Source: a virus (Duplodnaviria; Caudoviricetes). Taken from it: a DNA stretch of 64,000 nt. The position numbers and the translations under genes were made by a program. The stretch covers positions 3,017 to 67,016 of IMG/VR virus record IMGVR_UViG_3300020576_002828. One strand, written 5' to 3'. The notes under the pieces are model-generated. The model saw only the letters and a program-made list of their open reading frames with translations. It did no database searches and was not told the origin of the DNA. Every line of letters starts with the position of its first letter. The stretch's first letter is position 1. Shown here one piece after another: positions 33,129 to 43,351 of the stretch.

Positions 33129-33491
33129 CTACTTGTCAATCTTTGCCAGTGGACCAAGATACGTCACCATCCGGGAACCGTTGGCTAGCCCGTAATCGTG
33201 GGCTTCGATCTCCATCGGATGTGTATGATAGGACGTTTTTAGGAGTCCGGTCAAGTAGGTCCAGTAAAATTTGAAGAATCCCATGCGCTTGTATTGGAGC
33301 ACGTGACAAAATTCATGGGCCAGAAACCACTGGGTGACATCTTTCGGCAACCCACCCCATCGGATCGTGGACCCTAAGGTGATACCGAGCAACCGCTTAT
33401 TGATCCCGATCTTCCGCATAAACCGCACCAACCGGGAACTCGTAATCAGGGTAACGTCTACCCCATCAATTTCCATATGACTTTTAGCCAT
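33129..33491 (-). CDS. HExxH (DUF4157-like) protein
   Basis: LAHEFCHVLQY, P.E.EA. Confidence 0.75.
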   Translation of the reverse strand: MAKSHMEIDGVDVTLITSSRLVRFMRKIGINKRLLGITLGSTIRWGGLPKDVTQWFLAHEFCHVLQYKRMGFFKFYWTYLTGLLKTSYHTHPMEIEAHDYGLANGSRMVTYLGPLAKIDK

Positions 33492-34050
33492 GTCGTAACC
33501 AAGTAAGAGGTGAAACTACATCAATCAATGAACCGCCCTGTGTATCTTTTTCGGACATAATCGGTGTAACGTGCTTCGGTAGACCCCAATCGATCTTTAA
33601 TTCTGGATCTAACGGATTGATCGTGTATGCTCGACTTTGATCGTGTGCGGCGGTATGGAGATAGAGGATCTGGGTATTTGGCTCAATCGCCACAAATCCA
33701 CGGGCACACCAATCCGGAGCCATAATTCCCAATGACATATCTGCCGTCACATCAATTGATACGTACTGTTTATACGTAGGGGAGTTTGGTCGAATATCTA
33801 CATTGACAATGCGAGCCATGCCACTAATAACGAACATGACCTTGGCCATCCCACGTTGAAAATGCAACCCGCGCAGAACACCGGCCCGAGACGCCGAAAT
33901 ACTGATTTGTTGAATACCTGCGGCAAAGGTACGGGCATAGAAGGGATCATTGACCGAAAATGCTTCCGTAAACCATCCCCGATCATCTAACTTATGATCG
34001 GGGAGTAAGGTGGTAATTCCCGGTATACTTGTTGGATAACTGCGAATCAT
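33484..34050 (-). CDS. rmlC: dTDP-4-dehydrorhamnose 3,5-epimerase
   Basis: D.RG.F.E, GVLRGLHFQ, VDIRP.SPT. Confidence 0.9.
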   Translation of the reverse strand: MIRSYPTSIPGITTLLPDHKLDDRGWFTEAFSVNDPFYARTFAAGIQQISISASRAGVLRGLHFQRGMAKVMFVISGMARIVNVDIRPNSPTYKQYVSIDVTADMSLGIMAPDWCARGFVAIEPNTQILYLHTAAHDQSRAYTINPLDPELKIDWGLPKHVTPIMSEKDTQGGSLIDVVSPLTWLRHG

Positions 34051-35276
34051 GCGTGGTAATCCTGTGTCGTAAGTACCGTGAAATGTGGAAAATAGGAAAT
34101 GAACGAATCATTAGAATCCCGATTGGCCGATACCTTGTCAATAATTTCATCACGGAAATTCCACGCCAATGGGATAATGACTACCTCATCTGGTTCATTG
34201 TACAACACGTCGGGGGCATAGACCGGAATACGTTGTGCCGACGCGAAAAGATTTTGCTTTAGCGGATTCTCATCTACGATATAATCCAACGTAATCTTCC
34301 CATAGTTCAACACCGTCATACCCTTTGCAGCGGCTCCAAAACCAATAACCTTTTTTCCCGATGCCCGTACCATCTCTACAAACTGCGCAAGATCGTTCAC
34401 CACTTTTTTCGCTTGCTTTGCAAAATCATAGTACGTGTCGACTACATACAATGCCGTAGTGCGCTCAAATTGTAAGACACCTTCGGTATTACTGGACGGA
34501 TGTACACCCCCATTCAATGATAAACAGAAAATGTAGCTTGATCCATGAATTGATGTTTTGAAGACGTTCTCTAATACCATCCCTGCACGTGATGCGGCAT
34601 TATACATGGAGAGGGCATTGAAAAAGCTGAGATGTTCATGATAGATGGTATCAAATTCATTGCGCACAAACATTTCTGACTGTGACGTTTGAATATAGAG
34701 AACCGACTTATCATGCATCACCAACTGACAGGCATTGAGAAACCCATGAATATCATCGACGTGCGCAAAGACATTCTGTGCAGTAATGACATCAAATTTG
34801 GTATTGGTCGGTAGTGCACGTATCGCATCAACACCCCAGAAGTTGGTAATCACTTCATGTCCCTTCTCTCGGGCAATCGGTGTTAGATTTTCTGCAGGAT
34901 CTACACCATACGTTGACCACCCCAACTCCTTAAACGCGTCCAACTGCTCTCCGGTATTACAGGCAATATCTAACAGCTTACCTGTAGAGCGAGTGGTAAC
35001 ACCGTCACACCACTGTGCAAATTTCGTAACATACTCACGAATGGTATTAGTAGTACCCATGGTGTAGATATAATGCTTGTACAGAAACGCCGGATCTACC
35101 ACCACGCTCAGTTGACTAAGAAAACAGGTGCGACATAACAACAGCTTTAACGGAAATACCGGTGCGATGGTATCTTCTGTTACAAAGCAATTTGCAGGAG
35201 GTTGAGTCCCAAGATCTAAAATTTCAATAAGATCACTATTGTCACAAGCGCGACACTTCGTCACAGTTTTATACAT
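34047..35276 (-). CDS. NDP-hexose C-methyltransferase (SAM dependent)
   Basis: CR.C..LDLG.QP.AN zinc finger, DIACN.G, DTIYHEH, GFGAAAKG. Confidence 0.88.
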   Translation of the reverse strand: MYKTVTKCRACDNSDLIEILDLGTQPPANCFVTEDTIAPVFPLKLLLCRTCFLSQLSVVVDPAFLYKHYIYTMGTTNTIREYVTKFAQWCDGVTTRSTGKLLDIACNTGEQLDAFKELGWSTYGVDPAENLTPIAREKGHEVITNFWGVDAIRALPTNTKFDVITAQNVFAHVDDIHGFLNACQLVMHDKSVLYIQTSQSEMFVRNEFDTIYHEHLSFFNALSMYNAASRAGMVLENVFKTSIHGSSYIFCLSLNGGVHPSSNTEGVLQFERTTALYVVDTYYDFAKQAKKVVNDLAQFVEMVRASGKKVIGFGAAAKGMTVLNYGKITLDYIVDENPLKQNLFASAQRIPVYAPDVLYNEPDEVVIIPLAWNFRDEIIDKVSANRDSNDSFISYFPHFTVLTTQDYHA

Positions 35277-36132
35277 TGGAAATGGTTTCGTAAATGAGTT
35301 GATACACTTCACGGTCGGTCAATTCATAATGCAGATGTACATGCCCTGCATCTGGATAATATACGGCTGGCCCCATTGCTGGATATTCCGTGGGTCGTAC
35401 TAATCCTAGCGGTCCATAATTCTGGAAAATGAAGTCGGTGGTGATAATACACTTTGTCCCAATACCCGCCGCCAAATTCGTCAATCCACCTTCTGATCCA
35501 ATCATCCAATCACAGTACTTAATGAGGGATGCCGTTTGTGAATAGAGTTCTGGGTTTTGTGCTGCACCATCCGTGGTATTCACATGTCGATCAAATCCCA
35601 TGGGAAGTAGCGCAATTTCTTCATGGCGTCCGAGCCAATAGATGATCTGCTCAATATTACGATGCGGACCACCTTTCCCTTGCTGTAATAGGGCATCCGT
35701 TGTCTGATACGCTTTCCATTCCCAGTTCTTTTGCCATGCGATCACCTTACCATTCTTGGGCAGTTGCTTTCGAATGTAATCAATTTTAGCCATCGCATCA
35801 ATGTCATGCAGCGGACTGGTATAGATATTGAATTCTAACGTCGGATTACTGATACCTGCGGCGACCTGATATTGATAGGTCGCCGGATACGCTTGGTTAA
35901 TTTCTGACAGATGTACAATTTTATCATAGCTACTATAATCTATTGCCATATGATCCGACTCATCGAACGCGTAATCAATGAATGGATTATTGTTCAATAG
36001 AAGCTTAGGCTGTTTCACGGGGATTAAGTAATCTACCACCGTGACGTTATGATCAATTTTGAGTTTTTTGGCAATGGAACTGGCAAACAACACATCACCA
36101 ATAAAGCCTTTACACACGATTAAATACTTCAC
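35269..36132 (-). CDS. GT9-like glycosyltransferase
   Basis: IGDVL, IG.EGG..NLAA..GTK. Confidence 0.75.
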   Translation of the reverse strand: MKYLIVCKGFIGDVLFASSIAKKLKIDHNVTVVDYLIPVKQPKLLLNNNPFIDYAFDESDHMAIDYSSYDKIVHLSEINQAYPATYQYQVAAGISNPTLEFNIYTSPLHDIDAMAKIDYIRKQLPKNGKVIAWQKNWEWKAYQTTDALLQQGKGGPHRNIEQIIYWLGRHEEIALLPMGFDRHVNTTDGAAQNPELYSQTASLIKYCDWMIGSEGGLTNLAAGIGTKCIITTDFIFQNYGPLGLVRPTEYPAMGPAVYYPDAGHVHLHYELTDREVYQLIYETISNV

Positions 36133-36970
36133 GTTTCCTCGCTTCGATCATAGGAGAGCTTGCAAACTGCCACGATAAAAATACATTGTGAGTTTTTACA
36201 CTTCGTAAGACGCTTTGTGCCGGTCGTGGTACCTTATCATACGGAACCGACGTGGTATTAAACGTGATACCTAATCCCAATTGAAAATTGATATATTGCG
36301 CAAATTCCAGCCACGTCGCAGATCCGCTTGGAGTTAGATGGATGACACCTGAAATAATAGATGTCATCACACGCTGAATAACGATATCCACCAATGATTC
36401 AACGGGTGTTGGCGTCATGCGCACACCGGTATATAGGGTCATCTCTCTACCAGCATGATCAATGACTTTATCTACAAAACTTGGAGACGTATGTCGTGTC
36501 GTGGCGTATAAACTGGCGGTGCGAATGATGGTATAGTTGCTGAAGTTCGTGGCCATAATTGCTTTCTCCCCATCATACTTTGACCGACCATAGGCATTGA
36601 TCGGATTCGGGAGATCAAATTCAGTGTAAGGACGATCTAATGTGCCATCGAATACATAGTCTGTACTAAAGTGTATGAGACGAGCATTTACGTTGTGTGC
36701 ATAACTAGCCAATATTGCCGGTAATGCCACATTCAATGCATGGACCATTTCCGCATTATCTGAATCTTCTGCCCCAACAACATCCGTCCATGCCGCACAA
36801 TTAATGATGATGTGTGGTTTAACGGTATACAACCATGACTGTACGGCGTTTGATGAAGTCAATTCCAGTTCAGTTCGCGATGGGGCATATATATCATAGG
36901 AATGATGCAATTTCCGAACGAATTCAGATCCGAGCAACCCCGTGCCACCGAGAATAGCAATACCACTCAT
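36110..36970 (-). CDS. rmlD: dTDP-4-dehydrorhamnose reductase
   Basis: GGTGLLG, NCAAWTDV, STDYVFDG, YGRSK. Confidence 0.92.
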   Translation of the reverse strand: MSGIAILGGTGLLGSEFVRKLHHSYDIYAPSRTELELTSSNAVQSWLYTVKPHIIINCAAWTDVVGAEDSDNAEMVHALNVALPAILASYAHNVNARLIHFSTDYVFDGTLDRPYTEFDLPNPINAYGRSKYDGEKAIMATNFSNYTIIRTASLYATTRHTSPSFVDKVIDHAGREMTLYTGVRMTPTPVESLVDIVIQRVMTSIISGVIHLTPSGSATWLEFAQYINFQLGLGITFNTTSVPYDKVPRPAQSVLRSVKTHNVFLSWQFASSPMIEARKREVFNRV

Positions 36971-37932
36971 ACCGTTGCCTTGTTAACATGTTCGTTCACA
37001 ATATCACCTAAATACTTCCTATCACCTGCCATATTAATTACACGAATCCATGCACATGTATTTCGTATTTTCGTATCATCCACTCCATATGAGACATCCA
37101 TTCCCGGTCGAACCGCATCATAGGACACGAGATCAGATAAAAACAATTCAGCATTGTTTCGGTAGTGTTTACTAGACCATACATGAAATACATCTTTTAC
37201 CACATCATTAATACTGATTAATTCACCACCAATGTTGTAGATTTGATTTGGTTGACCATTTTTAAATACCGCATATATTGCCCGTGCCGCATCCTTTACA
37301 TGCAGCCATGACCGAGTTTGAGTACCGTCACCGTGAATAGGGAGAACGCGTCCTAATGTGAAATACCACACGCTCTTGGGAATCAGTTTCTCTTTATATT
37401 GATGCTCACCCCAACAATTACTTGGACGAATGATATTATACGAGATACCATACGTACGTGCATAGGCTTCAATATACAGATCTGCCGCTGCTTTACTGGC
37501 GGAATAGGGATTAGAGGGCCGTAGTGGCGATTCTTCAGTAGGTGGTGTCTGCCCGAACGAATCACCATATACTTCGTCAGTACTAATTTGTATGAAGTGT
37601 GGCCGTGAATCTGTCCGCTTATTACGCAGAAGATTCAAGAGATTTTGTACACCCAGTAAATTACTATGTGTGAACTTATCTGAATTGCTGATGCTATTGT
37701 CTACATGTGTTTCAGCCGCAAAATTGACAATAACATCTACATCCGGCAATTCGGTCATCGTCGCAATATCTTCGATGATATATTTTTCGGCAGCATTTCC
37801 TAGTCCGTAATGAATGGGGTTGTATGCATACGTTTTTGCATCAACCCCAATTACATGATGCCCTTGGCTTCTAACTAACCGTGTAAACTCACTTCCAATA
37901 AATCCTAAGCATCCAGTAACCATGAAAATCAT
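36967..37932 (-). CDS. rmlB: dTDP-glucose 4,6-dehydratase
   Basis: TG..GFIG, AAETHVD.S, STDEVYG, PYSASK. Confidence 0.92.
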   Translation of the reverse strand: MIFMVTGCLGFIGSEFTRLVRSQGHHVIGVDAKTYAYNPIHYGLGNAAEKYIIEDIATMTELPDVDVIVNFAAETHVDNSISNSDKFTHSNLLGVQNLLNLLRNKRTDSRPHFIQISTDEVYGDSFGQTPPTEESPLRPSNPYSASKAAADLYIEAYARTYGISYNIIRPSNCWGEHQYKEKLIPKSVWYFTLGRVLPIHGDGTQTRSWLHVKDAARAIYAVFKNGQPNQIYNIGGELISINDVVKDVFHVWSSKHYRNNAELFLSDLVSYDAVRPGMDVSYGVDDTKIRNTCAWIRVINMAGDRKYLGDIVNEHVNKATV

Positions 37933-38717
37933 AGATCGGTCAACCAGTCAAAAGACGATGCAACAATAGTCTGTGAACCAACAACCGGTGGATCGAAATT
38001 AGTAGCCTGAATCCATCGTACATGTTTCGCCCACCCTTCACTAAATAGGCACCCACCTTCCGAAGATGTAGACGGTTGATTTGTTACACCCTTATCTAGA
38101 TGTTGTTGCCACACGTGCTCTAAATGCATGTTGCGAATGAAGTCTGGATCATTGTGTTCTGGTCCACTATCCACGTGATTGAGCGCATAGAATAGATTAT
38201 CATCAGAACGTTTCACTGAGAGTCCATAGTGATATACGCGTGCACGTAGATCGGCGTCTTCCACACCCCATCCTACAAATAACGGAGAAAACCCATTAAT
38301 CTTGAAAAATGCGTCTCTCGTAAATACACTCACGGCTCCAAAGAAATTCTCATCGACACTAATCTTGAAGTGTCGATATCCCCGTGGCACATCATTGGGA
38401 TCGCGTGGGGTTAGATCGTTGTTCATGAATTCTACGCGGCGCACGGGGAGAAATACATCCGACACCCCATCATAGTACTGCTGATTTAATGAGGATGGAT
38501 AGTAATCGATGTCATGGAAGACAAGGATGTCGCCCGTAGCATATTTAGCGCCCTCATTTAAGAGATTCGCACGTCGGAATTTCTTGTCATCGTTTTGTTC
38601 GACCACTATGATTTCGAAATCCAATCCTTGATGCCGTACCATATCTTCAATACGTGGCATGGTAATACGGATGTGGTCTGGTCGATCACGGTACGAAAAA
38701 ATGAAGGAGTATTTCAT
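37929..38717 (-). CDS. GT7-like galactosyltransferase-family protein
   Basis: FRRA.LLN.G, FHD.D, INGF...F.GWG.ED. Confidence 0.85.
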   Translation of the reverse strand: MKYSFIFSYRDRPDHIRITMPRIEDMVRHQGLDFEIIVVEQNDDKKFRRANLLNEGAKYATGDILVFHDIDYYPSSLNQQYYDGVSDVFLPVRRVEFMNNDLTPRDPNDVPRGYRHFKISVDENFFGAVSVFTRDAFFKINGFSPLFVGWGVEDADLRARVYHYGLSVKRSDDNLFYALNHVDSGPEHNDPDFIRNMHLEHVWQQHLDKGVTNQPSTSSEGGCLFSEGWAKHVRWIQATNFDPPVVGSQTIVASSFDWLTDL

Positions 38718-38718
38718 A

Positions 38719-39495
38719 TTAGGCGTCTGGTTCAGCGTACGAAATGCCACTGGGCGAATGAGTAATGTGAAACCCAACGTTCAATTCACGAAGTTCTGCA
38801 TGGAATCCACTCAATCTACGTGGTAGCACATGATTGAGTGTGGCTTCAACGAAAATATGTGGACACGATACCTTACGAATATTATAGATATGTTCTAAAT
38901 ATTCATACTGTACATCGGCAAATAATCGTACGGTTGAGGCAGACCCAATCATGAAGCTATCACCCGTTCCGGTTCCCATCTTATTTTTACCGGGGAGTGT
39001 ATACACAACATTTTTATCGATGACTTCCTGTAAATCGACATATGTGGGATCGTGATCAAGTACTACATCAGGACGCGCACGCACTATGATGTCGTAGCCA
39101 GTCGGAACTGATCGCACGCCCTGTTGAATCTTATAGGCTTGAGAGATTGAATTCTTTGGACGAGTATATGCATTGACAAACTGCTTAGCCCGCTCCGTAA
39201 ATTCAGCTTCTTTGGTATCAAACCGTTCTACTTTAATAGATACTGGATTGTAGAATTCCATCAACGTGTTCACATCCACTTTCTGACCGGCATGGAATCC
39301 CTTATCGTCTGCTGAGGTTGAAATAAAGGTGTCATTAGGTCCATGAGTATAGCCTTTTCCGGTATACCAACCTACCTCATCCCAAATGTCAATGAAGACA
39401 TCGGCGTTCCACTTATCAATGAAACAGTGTTTGAATACCGGATACGCATCTTCCCATTTGCGCAACAGTCCAGTGAGTACAAGAGCAACTTTCAT
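38719..39495 (-). CDS. GT-A-like hypothetical protein
   Basis: KVAL..TG..R, YD...RARPD. Confidence 0.7.
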   Translation of the reverse strand: MKVALVLTGLLRKWEDAYPVFKHCFIDKWNADVFIDIWDEVGWYTGKGYTHGPNDTFISTSADDKGFHAGQKVDVNTLMEFYNPVSIKVERFDTKEAEFTERAKQFVNAYTRPKNSISQAYKIQQGVRSVPTGYDIIVRARPDVVLDHDPTYVDLQEVIDKNVVYTLPGKNKMGTGTGDSFMIGSASTVRLFADVQYEYLEHIYNIRKVSCPHIFVEATLNHVLPRRLSGFHAELRELNVGFHITHSPSGISYAEPDA

Positions 39496-39971
39496 AGTGG
39501 AATATAATCCGTGCAAATTTTGTGAAATTGCCATGGCTTCGTGGTTTGCCATGAATCGTCAGCACACATCAGAACAGTACGCGGATTTACGAATTCAGGC
39601 AAGACGGTCCACCCATATCCGTGTGATGTAAGTGTTACCTTGTCTGTTTCGTGCCAAAAGAAATTGAGAGGAATAGAGGATATGATATTGTGCCGGTGCA
39701 ACGCAAACATCGCTTCCGCATTCTTGGCATGAATCCATAGACGGTCACTTCGATGCGTCAACCAGCCTAATGATGATTTATAGTGGGTGGCGTCGTGCCC
39801 TAACCAAATATCGTCGCCCACGGCATAGACATCGATTTCACAATCAATTCCCATATTCAGTACACTATCTATGACAGCGGGGTCGTTTTCATAGGAACTC
39901 CTCGGACCATAGATATTACCGCGATGCGCAATAAGTCGTTGCTGTGCCCATTCTAATTTCGATACACTCAT
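39492..39971 (-). CDS. GDPD/PI-PLC-like phosphodiesterase-fold protein
   Basis: IAHRGN, EN, EIDV, LGHD, WIHAKN. Confidence 0.75.
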   Translation of the reverse strand: MSVSKLEWAQQRLIAHRGNIYGPRSSYENDPAVIDSVLNMGIDCEIDVYAVGDDIWLGHDATHYKSSLGWLTHRSDRLWIHAKNAEAMFALHRHNIISSIPLNFFWHETDKVTLTSHGYGWTVLPEFVNPRTVLMCADDSWQTTKPWQFHKICTDYIPL

Positions 39972-40690
39972 AACCAAAATCCTATATCACGGTGGGATGG
40001 TTCGGATATGGCATCAAATTTTTTCCCTATATCATTAAACCGAACAATTCTATGAGGAATATCTAATACATGCCGTGTATATCTGGCAAACACCGTCATC
40101 CATGTAGATACATTCCATTCCCCATTTGGTACATATTCCTTGTGCTTGAACATAGGCATATGTGCCATCATCCATAGCACCAACGATGCAAAATGGGTTG
40201 CTGCCTCATCTCGACAGATAATAAATTGATCACTCCAAGAATCAAAATTTTGATATGACGATTGAATCACTTTCTTTGGATCATCAAGATATGGTTCTGG
40301 ATCAAATTGGGATGTGTTGTAAATAATATCCCCGCGCATGAACGCAATCGCATCATAGGTAAAATCATGAATACGTTCATAATTTATACGAGCAATGTTG
40401 GCCATATAGTTTGACCACGACTTACTATAAATCGTACGTACGTCATATGAATTAGGAATCATGTGTTCTACACTATCACGCTGCGCATCCCAATTCATAG
40501 GAGCCGGGAACGCATAGTACACGGGGCTGAATTTATCTACGATAGCTTGTTTCTTTTCAGGAGATAGTTCATCGTCCCAAATTTGTAAGAAATAATCAAT
40601 TTGATGCTTATTGTGGAATAATGATTTGATATTATCTGCGCATTCTAAGATGGTTCTAGGCGCACCGGTAATTAAGACTGCAATTCTCAT
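39968..40690 (-). CDS. GT-A-like hypothetical protein, tandem paralog B
   Basis: 240 aa, aligns with 40692-41414. Confidence 0.75.
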   Translation of the reverse strand: MRIAVLITGAPRTILECADNIKSLFHNKHQIDYFLQIWDDELSPEKKQAIVDKFSPVYYAFPAPMNWDAQRDSVEHMIPNSYDVRTIYSKSWSNYMANIARINYERIHDFTYDAIAFMRGDIIYNTSQFDPEPYLDDPKKVIQSSYQNFDSWSDQFIICRDEAATHFASLVLWMMAHMPMFKHKEYVPNGEWNVSTWMTVFARYTRHVLDIPHRIVRFNDIGKKFDAISEPSHRDIGFWL

Positions 40691-40691
40691 A

Positions 40692-41414
40692 TTATTTCCA
40701 TATTTTAATGTCTTGTGGTGCCGTTTCTGTTACGCGATTAAATTCTTTTCCAATATCCATTATTCGCACAATTTTATGTGGAAGGTCTAATATATGGCGA
40801 GTGTAATTACCATACATTGTCATCCATGTCTTAACATTACATTCACCACATACTGGATAGGTGTGCGATTCCAACATAGGCATGTGCGCCATCATCCATA
40901 ATATTAATGACGCGAAGTGGGTCGCTGCTTCATCTCGACAGATAATGAATTGATCGCTCCACATACCAAAATTTTGACGACTTGATTGAATCACTTTCTT
41001 TGGATCATCAAGATATGGTTCTGGATCAAATTGGGATATGCCGTATATGATATCGGGTCTAAGAAATGCCACTGCGTCATATGTGAATTTATGAGTTCGT
41101 TCGTATCGCAATCGCATATTATTGACCGCATAATTCGCCCACGATTTGCTATAAATTGTGCGCACATCATACGATTTGTTGCATAGATGTGATATACTAT
41201 CTCTAGAAGCATCCCATGTCATGAACGGTACAAAATTACATTCAATTGGATTGAACCAATGCTTAATTTGATCCTTCGTTGGATCTGTTAGATTATCATC
41301 CCAAATATGAAGGAAATAATCAATCTGATGCTTAGGATCTAAGAATGAAATTATTGATGGTGCACAATTTAATATAGTTCGTGGTGCACCGGCTATCAAT
41401 ACCGCAATGCGCAT
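40692..41414 (-). CDS. GT-A-like hypothetical protein, tandem paralog A
   Basis: 240 aa, RIAVLI.G.PR, LRPD. Confidence 0.75.
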   Translation of the reverse strand: MRIAVLIAGAPRTILNCAPSIISFLDPKHQIDYFLHIWDDNLTDPTKDQIKHWFNPIECNFVPFMTWDASRDSISHLCNKSYDVRTIYSKSWANYAVNNMRLRYERTHKFTYDAVAFLRPDIIYGISQFDPEPYLDDPKKVIQSSRQNFGMWSDQFIICRDEAATHFASLILWMMAHMPMLESHTYPVCGECNVKTWMTMYGNYTRHILDLPHKIVRIMDIGKEFNRVTETAPQDIKIWK

Positions 41415-41415
41415 A

Positions 41416-42240
41416 TTATAACAAATTGATCCGTTTAAAGTCTTCGTACAACGGTTGTCCTAGCTCATTCATTTGCGTGAAGAAATCAACCGATAGTTTG
41501 ACATTTCGTTCATCAGTTACCGGTGCCAACGTCTGATGCTTCATTTTCGGCACATCCCACATTTCTGCAAACGCGTCGATATCATATGAACTCGTCATCT
41601 GATCGAAAATACGGGTACCAATCGTCGGCACGGTACCGGCTGAGATGGCATTTTGTAGTCCTATGAGGGTACGCATACTTCCAGTGATTACTTTACCCGA
41701 TACGTCGTTTCGTGCGGCAAGGATATTTGCCATATGACTATTGGCGTCAATACCTACCTCTTCCATGCGACCGGGAATGAGACTGGCATATCTCACGGGA
41801 CTGAATGAAAACACGCGTAGTAATGTCCCTGCATCAGAGATACCGGTAACGTTAATTTGCAAATCCCACATGGTGTCTGTCATATCAAGATAGCGTTTAT
41901 ACGGTGGGATCTTTAATCCTACTGTTGCGCCGGGATACAACGAACTTATTGCGCGAATATGATTGCACCATATTATCACTTCTGATAGGGGCATATGATC
42001 ATACGGAAGCTGCACATACACAATAGCCGCTGGATCAAGTGCATGTTTTTCAACAAATCCCATTAACCCATGAAGCACTGTATCAAACTGCGCCATGGTC
42101 TTGACCCCAACCTTTGCCATAGCATTCGGATTGGTGGTAATACCGGCAAACCCTTTATAGAGAGTATCGTTTTTGGAGAGACGCTTCCATAGTGCTTCAA
42201 TATACGAGATGTCAGCGGTGTCAATAAAATAAGAACACAT
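41416..42240 (-). CDS. transaldolase/fructose-6-phosphate aldolase family protein
   Basis: FIDTAD, GITTNP, KIP, SLIPGR; start MCSY. Confidence 0.8.
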   Translation of the reverse strand: MCSYFIDTADISYIEALWKRLSKNDTLYKGFAGITTNPNAMAKVGVKTMAQFDTVLHGLMGFVEKHALDPAAIVYVQLPYDHMPLSEVIIWCNHIRAISSLYPGATVGLKIPPYKRYLDMTDTMWDLQINVTGISDAGTLLRVFSFSPVRYASLIPGRMEEVGIDANSHMANILAARNDVSGKVITGSMRTLIGLQNAISAGTVPTIGTRIFDQMTSSYDIDAFAEMWDVPKMKHQTLAPVTDERNVKLSVDFFTQMNELGQPLYEDFKRINLL

Positions 42241-42241
42241 A

Positions 42242-43351
42242 TCAGGTAGTAGAAAAAGTGTGAATAAATTCGGCAGTATCTTTCCAATTCGTGTGCCGAT
42301 ATCCCTTGTCATCAATGAAAATATCGACGTGGGGTTTACCAAATCGAATTTCATCATACGGGATGTGATGTTTGTCTAACCAATCTACGAGGAGTTTAGC
42401 CCCCATCGCAAGTACCTTCCCCTCATTGGCATCACAACTGCGCATATGACGAGCGGTTTGAATAATGAGATAGTGCCCCTGTGATTTCCATCGTTGCATG
42501 GTTTCTACGGCACCTTCTAATGGCAACACGTCGGCATACGTCTGATCACCTTCTTTATTATGACAGAGCGTACCATCTACATCAATGGCTAATCGAAGGG
42601 GTCGGGGTGTATTAGCACGAATAACCCGTTGGATATCTTCGGGAGTGCCTAAGGGGACGGGATCGGTCACTTGGTGGGCAAATACCTTTGATCCACCATA
42701 CAACCAATTGGACGCTACCTGACTCACGAAAAATTCATTGCTGGTCGTATGCATAGAATCGATGATCAATCGTGCGATACGTTTGAATTTATCCGTGCGG
42801 CTGAACCAAAATACCCCCATCAACGGATGATATCCATTTACCGAATTCGTCGCCGGTTTTTCTACAATCTTGGTCACTGAGTTATGCTGTAATTCAATGC
42901 ACGCCCATTTATTCGCTTCAAAGGGTGCATTGAAATACGTGACCATCATATTGTCACCATGCGCTTCCTTGGCCATGGCAATTGTATCCATCAATCCATT
43001 ATGAGAATATGCATTATCACAATCTAACACCAACAGATCTTCATCCGGCGAAAATTTGAATCGTTCAATGACTTTATATGCCGTTTCCAAATTACCCTGT
43101 GTAGGATGTTCAAAAAGTAGAAATTGAATATTGTTACCGTATCTATCCTTCAATAATTGAATATAATCCATATCATGCCATCGAATAGCAAAGAATATTT
43201 TATGATCTGGATTCAGTTGGATAGCAGGACAGGAATCCAACGTATGCTCAATGATGGTTTTACCCTGCACATCGATAAACGGTTTTGGTATGGTGTATCC
43301 CGCGTCTTTGAATCGCTTGCCTTCTCCTGCCATCAACACAACGATGTTCAT
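42242..43351 (-). CDS. sugar-phosphate NTP-transferase fused to HAD capsule-type phosphatase
   Basis: MAG.G.RF..PKP; DVDGTL..TAR..KP..D.FIDDK. Confidence 0.85.
   Translation of the reverse strand: MNIVVLMAGEGKRFKDAGYTIPKPFIDVQGKTIIEHTLDSCPAIQLNPDHKIFFAIRWHDMDYIQLLKDRYGNNIQFLLFEHPTQGNLETAYKVIERFKFSPDEDLLVLDCDNAYSHNGLMDTIAMAKEAHGDNMMVTYFNAPFEANKWACIELQHNSVTKIVEKPATNSVNGYHPLMGVFWFSRTDKFKRIARLIIDSMHTTSNEFFVSQVASNWLYGGSKVFAHQVTDPVPLGTPEDIQRVIRANTPRPLRLAIDVDGTLCHNKEGDQTYADVLPLEGAVETMQRWKSQGHYLIIQTARHMRSCDANEGKVLAMGAKLLVDWLDKHHIPYDEIRFGKPHVDIFIDDKGYRHTNWKDTAEFIHTFSTT

Noticed and set aside
41416-42357. Track start of the transaldolase ORF and other long upstream extensions (288, 13960, 21462, 48916)
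   Set aside because: RBS or stop-overlap evidence supports downstream starts
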